From the NCBI GenBank assembly GCA_018985225.1, contig JADGIF010000308.1:1-11257 (forward strand): a DNA stretch of 11,257 bases, in the 5' to 3' direction. A model generated the notes under the pieces. The model had not been told where the DNA came from and did no database searches. It worked only from the letters and a program-made list of their open reading frames with translations. This document shows, one piece after another, positions 1-7,779 of the stretch. Source of the stretch: Amoeboradix gromovi X-113. Its lineage: Eukaryota > Fungi > Sanchytriomycota. Each line of letters starts with the position of its first letter. Within the stretch, counting starts at the first letter, position 1. The translations under genes and the position numbers were made by a program.

Positions 1-144
1 AATAAAGACTGGATGAAAGAGTAAGAGAATAGCTGTATAGAATATTTATTTTCCTTTTATACTCGTCAACTCCGCAACTAGCTGAATGTCCACTCGCCTC
101 TTAAATCCATAAAATTGATAAAGCTGAAATAATGAAAGTTAGTC
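1..144 (-). repeat. Dispersed LTR-like repeat, copy 1 (truncated by the window edge); inverted relative to 10955-11144
   Basis: The reverse complement of 43-96 equals 11018-11071 (54 bp identical). 1-52 matches 11093-11144 with 2 mismatches. 97-134 matches 10981-11017 with a few differences. 134-144 matches 10955-10965. Confidence 0.95.
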
Positions 145-1463
145 CAGTTTTTATATTTGATGTCCTATTGCTTTAATCCATGAATTCCAGTTGAATTATG
201 ACTGCTGCATGAGTTTCTTGAGTTATTAGAAAGAAAACATGGCGGAACATGTTATGAAAAGTAGATTGGATGTAGAGCGGACAAAAATAAAAACATATGG
301 TTATCGGATGTCCTACGTCCCAATAAAATAGTAACCAACCTATTTTACATCAGTCAGATCTTCCTACTTGCATGAACTGCTAATATCCGATTATGGCACG
401 TCATGGAGCTGATAAGGCTGTGGTCGTCGATAATTCCGACTTGAACAAAAGCCATGGATTTGGAGTGCAGAGAATCTGCAATGAGAGAGTTTTGGTTGCT
501 AATATAAAGTATGATGATAGTAATAAAAAAGCGAATGAAAATTGCGATGATAGTTTATCATCACAGCACAACACCTCAAGGGTACCATGTAATGTAATAG
601 TGGAAATAGTTATGAACACATAACACATTAAATATAATAGCTAGGGAATTATTTGCAGCAGAAGATCTCGTAAAATTAAAAACAATAAATTATTTGTTAC
701 TGTTTATTACAAGTTAGGATGATACTGAACTATCCATTCGGCTCATCTTTGGTGTCCTATGACAAAGAGCATGAGGAGACACTCCAAATTTGCGCGAAGT
801 AGCACAGCAGCTTCAATAAAGACGGTATATTCTTTACTGTTAATGATGTAGTAGTCCCAGACCATTGCACCACAAACTATGAGCCTCAAAGGAAAGAGAC
901 CAGATGAGGTTATGGAAGAGTCTTGTCAGGCTAGTGCAATGGTCCCGAAGCAGTCATAGCGTCCGCCCATCCCAAAAACGTTACGCAACAGAGCAGATCA
1001 TCACAGCTTTCTGTTCGGCGGCCACAGTAGCGAACCCATTGCTTCAATGGTACTACTACCTAATAGTAGGCTGTCCGCTTCAGCATGCACATTCTCTAAA
1101 CCATATTGTTTTTCCAACCCAGAAGAATCCGAACTACCTACTAGGAAAGCATCAGCACTAGCTCCAAATTATGGGCACTTCTAGGTCATGCAACTGCGGA
1201 CATGGAATGATAGAAAGTATAATAGTGTTCGCCCTCAAAAGAGTCTTGCAGCACGCCACTCCACCTACCCAGTGATGTGGGCAAGATTTGAATGGCACAA
1301 TCTCCAAGTCGAGGGTCTATTAGCAAGTGATGAAAAATTTGACTGACAAGGAAGAGAAATTATTGACAACCTGTTGCCACGTAATTACAGGGGAGGTTAT
1401 TTATGCGGACTTGGCTGGAACTATCTTTTTGAGACGTTTGTCCCAAGGGACTTGATTTCAAAT

Positions 1464-2105
1464 ATGCTACCAATAAAGTTACTTGAAAGAAGTAATTCTC
1501 AAGCTGCTAGAAATATATTAGAGGCTTGCTATAGGTATGTTCTTCCACTTATTCGCGATAAAGGTTTAATTTTGCAAATCACTGAGTTTTTCCCCAGTAG
1601 TCCCAATTTACTAGGAATGAACAAAGGACAGAAATCTATGGTAGTACTGCATGAAAATAGTGCAGTTGTTAAGCAAGGATGGGACATTTTTATAAGACTT
1701 AGACACTCTAAATTTCCCAACAAGTTCATTTCAAAACATAACTTAATTGGCACTATTCTTCATGAGATAGTGCACTGTTACATAGGCCCTCATAATAGAG
1801 AATTCTATAAATTGTTAGATGAATTTTGGATTAAGGTACAATACATGAATCTCCCCGTACAAAATTTATCCAATGATCACACCCTACTAGGTAGAAGTCG
1901 ATCCTCGAAGACCGGAGGCAAGACACTAGGCGGATTTAATAAACCTCTCAACAATGCAACGTTGACAGAGGCTGTGGCTAAAAGAATTAAAATGAAAGAT
2001 AATACTTCGTGTGGGACGCTTTCTAATTTTATTGATTTTACCAACGACAATGACATAATTGATTTTACCAACGACAATGACATAATTGATCTTACTCACC
2101 TGTAG
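1464..2105 (+). CDS. WSS1: Wss1-family (WLM domain) zinc metalloprotease acting on DNA-protein crosslinks, 213 aa
   Basis: WLM motifs EFFP..PNLLGMN, IFIRLR and GTILHEIVHCYIGPHNREFY (HExxH...H). SHP-box-like GGKTLGG, VIM-like AVAKR, and C-terminal SIM-like IIDFT/IIDLT. The ORF track start at 1374 is TTG; the first in-frame ATG is 1464. Confidence 0.92.
   Translation: MLPIKLLERSNSQAARNILEACYRYVLPLIRDKGLILQITEFFPSSPNLLGMNKGQKSMVVLHENSAVVKQGWDIFIRLRHSKFPNKFISKHNLIGTILHEIVHCYIGPHNREFYKLLDEFWIKVQYMNLPVQNLSNDHTLLGRSRSSKTGGKTLGGFNKPLNNATLTEAVAKRIKMKDNTSCGTLSNFIDFTNDNDIIDFTNDNDIIDLTHL
2031..2095 (+). repeat. Coding tandem repeat: 27-bp unit x2 plus a partial third copy (IDFTNDNDI)
   Basis: attgattttaccaacgacaatgacata at 2031-2057 and 2058-2084 (identical), then attgatcttac at 2085-2095. 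Confidence 0.95.
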
Positions 2106-2152
2106 TTCAACGGGATTTATCAAAAATAAAACCCTTTTGAAACTTTTAATTT

Positions 2153-4786
2153 ATGGACCCTAAGATCTTAAGTCTTTTTCATAAATTTCAACAATTAAAC
2201 GTAATGCACGCATTTTTGTCTTCTAGAGGTTCTTATGTCAACATCAGCATGCTGCAAAAAATAAGTATATCCTCTGATGATCTTTCATTCTTTTGTGGAT
2301 TAGATTTACTCAGAGTTAAAAAGGATCAAATTGTTCTTAATGAGACTGGAATTAAAAAACGAAAAAGAGATCACAAAGAACAGATCATAATTAGTCGCAA
2401 TAATGAGTTCAAATCCAAAGTCGCATGCATATCGAACATGAATGTAGATTTGTTTATCCAGTCAATGATTGATTTGGGCAACTCGAATATGTTTTCCAGT
2501 GATTTTTTTATTTCTTTCAGTCCTATAGATCGTATGATCCAATTAATTAGCCAAATTAAACAGCAAGAGTTTTATACAAATCAGATTGCCCATGTTAAGT
2601 CGTCATTTCATAAAGATCCCGTTTATTCTGATTGCATTATCAACCCGAGACTACTGAAGACACTAAAGCATAAGGGAATAAACAAACTGTATTCTCATCA
2701 AGTTGATGCAATTAACTCTATTCGTAACAACAATTCTACTGTTGTTAGTACTAGCACTAGCAGTGGGAAGTCTATTATATATCAAATTCCTACGATTGAG
2801 ATGCTCTTGAATCAAGCCAATAGTACATTTCTGTACCTATTTCCTACCAAAGCGCTTTCTAATGATCAGTTGGCGAATATGAAAGAATTGTTAAATCTGT
2901 TGGAACTAGAGGTTGTTGCTAACACTTATGATGGCGATACATTGCAAAAAGATAGACGTTTAATTCGCAGCAGTTCTCAAATAATTTATACCAATCCGGA
3001 TATGCTACATTTATCTATATTACAGCATCACGAGAAATGGTCGCAATTCTTATCCAATCTTAAGTATTTGATACTGGATGAATGCCATGTATACAAAGGC
3101 TCATTTGGACAACATTTAGTTTATATAATTAAGAGATTAAAGCGTCTTTGCGCGTACTACAACAATAGTAATGTTCTGTTCCTTGGTTTCTCTGCCACTA
3201 TTGCTAATCCCTTGAGTCATTTTAGTGCTTTGATATCTAATCCAGCCACGGCTATTACAATTGACGCATCTCCTATATACCCTCGTCATCTGGTGCTTTG
3301 GAATCCGCCGTTGTTTAATTCAGCTAGAATGACAGGTACCTGCCAAGCTGTGGAGTTGGTGGTATTTCTGACACGAAGAAGAATTAAGGTGTTAGTTTTC
3401 ACTGCAACTAGACATCAGACTGAAATATTGCTGATTGAAATCCACAAGTCTTTTGCAAACCAAGGATTTGAAAAATATTCCTCGTTGGTAAAATCTTACA
3501 GAGGTGGGTATCAGCCTGGTTTGCGAAGAGAAATCGAGATGGAGTTTAAAACAGGAAAACTAATGTGCGTGGTTTGCACCAACGCATTAGAGCTGGGGGT
3601 AGATATTGGAGATATTGACGTAGTAATACACTTGTCATTTCCAGGAATAGACTCATATTATCAGCAAATGGGTAGAGCTGGAAGAAGGAGAGATTCTATG
3701 TCAATACTGATTGCAAATGGAGAGAATGTCCTGGATCAATATTACATGAACAACCCAAGTAAATTATACCAGTTGAAGTCAATGCCGATTTGTTTTTCAA
3801 ATCATATAATGCTGCAATACATACACGCAGCATGCGCAAGTTTGGAGAAGCCATTAAATGTGAATGAATACAGAGATTTTATAAGCGAGGAAAGCAGTGA
3901 GTATAAAGGTTATTTGGTTAATGATGATAAGGAGTATTACTATAACAGAAAGTATTTTAGCAAAGCACCACACGAGTACGTTAACGTTCGCGGCGAAGTA
4001 CGTAACGAGTGTTTTAAAATAATCAACATGGACACAAGTGAGATCATAGAAGAAATGGAACCAACTAGAGCAATGTATATGCTGCACGAGGAAGGAATAT
4101 TGATGCATTCTGGAAACTCGTACATGATAAATCTCGTATCCTATGTGGAAAAAACAGCACTAGTTCGTAAAGTAAACGTAGACTATTACACACGCGTAGA
4201 TGACATAGTAGATGTAGATCCGTTTAGTTGTAAAAACCTGCACACAGATTGCATCAAAAGCGGTACAGTAGTCTTAAAATGTAAAATATATGGCTACTCT
4301 AAACTGCAACATGGAACGGATAGATTGAAAGCCAAGGTAGCGATAAGTCCAATTTCATGGGAGAAAAAGATAAATGGATGTTGGTTGGATATACCGACTG
4401 GAATTATACAAGAAATCAACAAAGAGGACGACCAGCTGATATACTCTAGCACGCATGCTGTAAACCATTTAATCATGCACATTTTAACCAGTACTTTGGG
4501 TTCAGAAGGCGAAGTAAGATGTGAATGTAGAGACGAAAATGCGAAAAGACCTAGACCTGGACAATTAATGTTTTATGAGAGTCAAGTAGCAGGATATTCA
4601 GAAATTTTGGGGAACAAATTAAAAGGTTTTTTGAAGATTGCATTGAAAATATTGTACGATTGCGAATGCGAAAATGGGTGTATAAATTGCATTCATTATG
4701 AGAAATGCAAGAGTCGCAATGGATCTCTAAGTAAATTTGGAGCATTTCGATTGCTGGAGTTTCTTGTGAAGGAAATCGAAAAATAA
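2153..4786 (+). CDS. HRQ1: Hrq1 / RecQ4-like SF2 DNA helicase with a C-terminal DUF1998 (MrfA-type Zn-binding) domain, 877 aa
   Basis: Q motif LYSHQ, motif I TSTSSGKS, Ia LFPTKALSNDQ, YDGDT, TNPDMLH, II DECH, III SAT, SYRGGY, TNALELGVDIG, VI QQMGRAGRR. C-terminal CECENGCINC..C cluster. Fungal Hrq1-like N-terminus (LFHKFQQLNVMHAFL). Confidence 0.95.
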   Translation: MDPKILSLFHKFQQLNVMHAFLSSRGSYVNISMLQKISISSDDLSFFCGLDLLRVKKDQIVLNETGIKKRKRDHKEQIIISRNNEFKSKVACISNMNVDLFIQSMIDLGNSNMFSSDFFISFSPIDRMIQLISQIKQQEFYTNQIAHVKSSFHKDPVYSDCIINPRLLKTLKHKGINKLYSHQVDAINSIRNNNSTVVSTSTSSGKSIIYQIPTIEMLLNQANSTFLYLFPTKALSNDQLANMKELLNLLELEVVANTYDGDTLQKDRRLIRSSSQIIYTNPDMLHLSILQHHEKWSQFLSNLKYLILDECHVYKGSFGQHLVYIIKRLKRLCAYYNNSNVLFLGFSATIANPLSHFSALISNPATAITIDASPIYPRHLVLWNPPLFNSARMTGTCQAVELVVFLTRRRIKVLVFTATRHQTEILLIEIHKSFANQGFEKYSSLVKSYRGGYQPGLRREIEMEFKTGKLMCVVCTNALELGVDIGDIDVVIHLSFPGIDSYYQQMGRAGRRRDSMSILIANGENVLDQYYMNNPSKLYQLKSMPICFSNHIMLQYIHAACASLEKPLNVNEYRDFISEESSEYKGYLVNDDKEYYYNRKYFSKAPHEYVNVRGEVRNECFKIINMDTSEIIEEMEPTRAMYMLHEEGILMHSGNSYMINLVSYVEKTALVRKVNVDYYTRVDDIVDVDPFSCKNLHTDCIKSGTVVLKCKIYGYSKLQHGTDRLKAKVAISPISWEKKINGCWLDIPTGIIQEINKEDDQLIYSSTHAVNHLIMHILTSTLGSEGEVRCECRDENAKRPRPGQLMFYESQVAGYSEILGNKLKGFLKIALKILYDCECENGCINCIHYEKCKSRNGSLSKFGAFRLLEFLVKEIEK

Positions 4787-4802
4787 ACTTATTTTATTGT
4801 TA

Positions 4803-5315
4803 TCACAAGAGAGCATTCACCGCATCATCCAGTTTAGAGTGCTTTTGTAAAGTGCGAACAATAGCAGGTTCGTCAAATCCCATGTCAATCAAACTTTGAG
4901 CAATATCAATATACTTGGTATGCGGTTCATTTTTGATAGCGGATATTTTGTAGGCGATCATCAGAGCCGCAGTATTATCAAGCGGCTTTGTTGCCGAAAC
5001 TGATTCTATGGATTGTGAAGAAGCAACTTTAATGGGTAGCACCTGTTGAGGGGCTACAGAACTATTGTTGTTGAATATGGTACCAAGTTCCATTTTGGCA
5101 TCCATCTTTCCAAGGCTGAGGTTTTCAAACTCATCCAATGCTATGGAAGGTGACAAGCTCAATGATTTGAGCGTTTTCTCTGGCTTATCCTCCTGGCTTG
5201 AGTGTAGAATTGAGTTTTCAAGATCTAGGTTGTGCCCGAAGCCGTTAACTTGATAAAAAACCGGAGCTTTTAGCGGTTCAACAAATGAAACGGGATTGGT
5301 GAATTGAATCTTCAT
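4803..5315 (-). CDS. Small protein with a C-terminal UBA domain, possibly UBAP1-like, 170 aa
   Basis: ATG-to-TGA ORF. The C-terminus IAQSLIDMGFDEPAIVRTLQKHSKLDDAVNALL fits the UBA consensus (L..MGF.....AL......AV..LL). Low-complexity S/P-rich linker. Confidence 0.8.
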   Translation of the reverse strand: MKIQFTNPVSFVEPLKAPVFYQVNGFGHNLDLENSILHSSQEDKPEKTLKSLSLSPSIALDEFENLSLGKMDAKMELGTIFNNNSSVAPQQVLPIKVASSQSIESVSATKPLDNTAALMIAYKISAIKNEPHTKYIDIAQSLIDMGFDEPAIVRTLQKHSKLDDAVNALL

Positions 5316-5693
5316 GTTTTATAATGCTTTGCGACGCAGTCCACAAAACTGGACAGACTTTTCCAAACAACTGTCTCAATATGGCAAGCGTCTTCAAGTA
5401 TAAAGGTCGCATATCTTATTACCCAGAGCATATGTGAAAAATCATCCTAGGTGAAATGGCCTGATGATTTTTTTTTCACGCAAAAATAAATATACGGCAA
5501 TTAAATATGAACTATTATAGCTTTCCTGGTTCCCACAAATTTAAAATGGCCCCGCCCCATATTGTTCATGTCTTTACCAACAAAGAATTCATTGTAAAGC
5601 TCCGAAGCATCTAATTATGTGGTAGCTATGATTAAATAAATTTATTGCTTAAGATCTTAAGTGGCCTACTATTGTAAGTACTTGGTCTGCTAT

Positions 5694-5752
5694 TTAAAAG
5701 TCCTGGTTTTCTAAAAAACAAGAATTTTCACCGGTAAACTGAGAAAGCCAGC
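5694..5752. repeat. Intergenic direct repeat, copy A (shared with 7282-7339); possible regulatory element
   Basis: ttaaaagtcctggttttcta at 5694-5713 is identical to 7282-7301, followed by shared caagaattt, aactga and cagc blocks at similar spacing. Confidence 0.85.
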
Positions 5753-6033
5753 AACCTCTATAAAGCGGTTGCTCACGATTCGTCTACCCTAAGGCGGGAT
5801 GGACTCCGGATGAATATCAGTCCATGTCTCTTGCTGCCATGTTCTCTATCCGCTACCAAATGAGAATGTAGTTGATAAAAAGAAAGATTGTCAAGTTTTT
5901 GTGCCGCTAGAAATTTCTAAAAAGTGAGTACATTGGATCGATGTAGCTCATGTGAGCGCGACAAATGATTTATTCAATTAGACTAGATAGCTGGTTTTTT
6001 GTTTGATGCCTCCCTTCTTTACATCTATTTTTA

Positions 6034-6330
6034 ATGGCAACACCGAGTTACGAAAGTATTCAATTCGAATCATCTATTGACAATATACCACAGTGTCAAT
6101 TTTTGCATTCTCTTGATTCTTATGTGATTTGCAACTCTGCTCGTTCGCATTTGTTAAATTCTTACCGTTATGGTGAGTTTAGAGATTGTTCTATGAAATG
6201 GGAAGACTTCAAGTTTGTTGCCGGTCTTAAAACTAGAACAAAGGCCGATCAATTGGAGGCTTGTAAGGAATACTTTAGGAAACAAATAAGGGCAGTAGAC
6301 TCAATCTTAAAGAAGAAAAGTGTATATTAG
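6034..6330 (+). CDS. DUF3128 / Emi1-like small Cys-containing protein, 98 aa
   Basis: Family-like pattern C..LD....CNS....LNSYRYGEFRDCSMKWEDFKF; ATG start, TAG stop. Confidence 0.8.
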   Translation: MATPSYESIQFESSIDNIPQCQFLHSLDSYVICNSARSHLLNSYRYGEFRDCSMKWEDFKFVAGLKTRTKADQLEACKEYFRKQIRAVDSILKKKSVY

Positions 6331-6332
6331 AT

Positions 6333-7256
6333 TTATTCAATGTCTATCTCGTCAAGGTCTTCACCCTCAAATAAACTCTCATCAATGCCTTCATCTCTGT
6401 CCTGGTCTTGCTTATATTTAGATAAATCAAAGGCTTCCTCATCCTCTTCTTCTTCAAAGGTCTGGAACTGAGGAACAAAAGAAAAGAGTTGCCTTCCGGA
6501 GAGACCTTGAGCTTTACCAGCTGCGATTCTATTCTCCATATCCTTGACCTGCTTCTCTTCTGCTGCTGCCACCATCTTTAGCTTATGTTCTTTCCATTTT
6601 TTAAACGATTCTTCGGTAACAGGAGTAAGCTTATCTGGTAGTTTTTTACGTTCTTCCTCTATGAAATCTTCTAAAGATTGAATATTCTTGCTTTCATCTC
6701 CAAAGTCTTTTTTCTTAAGCACAAAACCAACAGGTAATGCATGTTTGTACTTGCATTTGTCACCCCCGGCTGGACATAACCAGAACCAGCCATATTTGCC
6801 GTCCTCAATAGCTTTTAAAAAATGTTTGCATATAATTGAAGTGGAGTTGTTTTGGTTGTGCTTCTGCTTTATAACAGATTCCAACTTCTGAAGATCCCAA
6901 TTGTCCATTGTGTCATCATCCTCATTCCCCATCTGATCTCGTTGGTCTACATAAACATCAATTTTAGCAGATTTCTTTTCAACCGGCTTAAATAGCAATT
7001 CAAGTTCTCTCTTTTTCATTTCCATTAATTCCTTCTTTTTCCTCATCAAGGCCGCCTTCTCTTTGTTCTTGTCTAATCCTGCAGCAGACTTTTTTTTTTG
7101 TGCTGACTCATCTGCTTGTTTAGCAACAAAGGAAACGAATTCTTGCACTTTTTTCGATTTGTTCTTGTTTTTTAGTCCAAAGGTTTTATCTTCAATTATC
7201 TGTTTCTTCTGCTTTTCTACACTCTTACCAGAGGTTTGTGACTTTTTTGGAGGCAT
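6333..7256 (-). CDS. TMA46: Tma46 / ZC3H15 (DFRP1) translation-machinery-associated protein, 307 aa
   Basis: MPPKK start, IEDKTFGLKNKNKSKKVQEFV, KIDVY.DQRD, WD..KLE.V. CCCH finger IICKHFLKAIEDGKYGWFWLCPAGGDKCKYKHALP, DFRP region SLEDFIEEER..LTPVTEESFKKWK, and LSGRQLF. The track start at 7265 is TTG; the ATG is at 7256. Confidence 0.96.
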   Translation of the reverse strand: MPPKKSQTSGKSVEKQKKQIIEDKTFGLKNKNKSKKVQEFVSFVAKQADESAQKKKSAAGLDKNKEKAALMRKKKELMEMKKRELELLFKPVEKKSAKIDVYVDQRDQMGNEDDDTMDNWDLQKLESVIKQKHNQNNSTSIICKHFLKAIEDGKYGWFWLCPAGGDKCKYKHALPVGFVLKKKDFGDESKNIQSLEDFIEEERKKLPDKLTPVTEESFKKWKEHKLKMVAAAEEKQVKDMENRIAAGKAQGLSGRQLFSFVPQFQTFEEEEDEEAFDLSKYKQDQDRDEGIDESLFEGEDLDEIDIE

Positions 7257-7281
7257 TGAATGCAAAGTTGTTTTCTCCTCA

Positions 7282-7339
7282 TTAAAAGTCCTGGTTTTCT
7301 AGAAAATCAAGAATTTCCGCAGCGAACTGAAATGGCAGC
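7282..7339. repeat. Intergenic direct repeat, copy B; imperfect palindrome just upstream of TMA46
   Basis: Matches 5694-5752. 7289-7312 tcctggttttct|agaaaatcaaga is a 24-bp palindrome with 10 of 12 matches per arm. It begins 25 bp upstream of the TMA46 ATG. Confidence 0.85.
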
Positions 7340-7779
7340 CGACTCACTACGCTAATTAGTGGAAACATAATGCGGGAATAAATAATGTTGCATATAATTT
7401 AAGTCTATACACCTAGCTACAATTTGATCTCTATCCACTTCCAGATGATTATTGGTACACTTATGTACCTCCAAACTGGTTTCTTCAGAGTGTGCACACC
7501 TTGTAAAAGTTAGAGTAGCAAATGCTTCGTTACATTACACAAATGTCAGCATTTGCATGGACGATAGTTTCGTTTTTACACCATATTCTGGGTGAATACG
7601 AGCGCATCCGGTATATCCAAACGACCTCTAGATTCTCATAATATAGCTGAGATAATTATGGGCTCGAGAATGTTTATACTATTATATCAAATGATTTATT
7701 TAATCAAAGCCAATTGCTGTTTTCCAATTACTAATCGCAAAAAGATGAAAAGTGATAGTGCGATTTTTCATATAATTTA

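Noticed and set aside
393-628. Short ORFs 393-623 (+) and 401-628 (-)
   Set aside because: They overlap, are short and have no recognisable motif. The hydrophobic minus frame continues with stops and may be pseudogenic, but this cannot be supported.
868-944. U1-like motifs on the minus strand (AUUGCAC and AUAGUUUGUGGU about 60 nt apart)
   Set aside because: No ACUUAC 5' end or U1-70K loop upstream, and a poor stem around AUUGCAC.
988-1000. ACAGAG box as in U6 snRNA
   Set aside because: No AGC triad at the proper spacing and no U6 internal stem-loop.
904-1161. 85-aa ORF
   Set aside because: No recognisable domain; it lies in the stop-riddled GC-rich island.
1374-1463. TTG-initiated N-terminal extension of Wss1 (likewise 7257-7265 and 10360-10413)
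   Set aside because: These are bacterial-style starts from the ORF caller; family-typical N-termini fit the downstream ATGs.
2153-4786. Bacterial MrfA/SftH or DISARM/Druantia-type defence helicase
   Set aside because: All neighbouring genes are eukaryotic, and the N-terminus is Hrq1-like.
5461-5467. CUGAUGA hammerhead core
   Set aside because: No downstream stem II-GAAA arrangement; the motif is part of a simple hairpin.
5648-5661. cttaagatcttaag resembling the U2 5' region
   Set aside because: The GUAGUA branch-point recognition sequence is absent; it is just a 14-bp palindrome.
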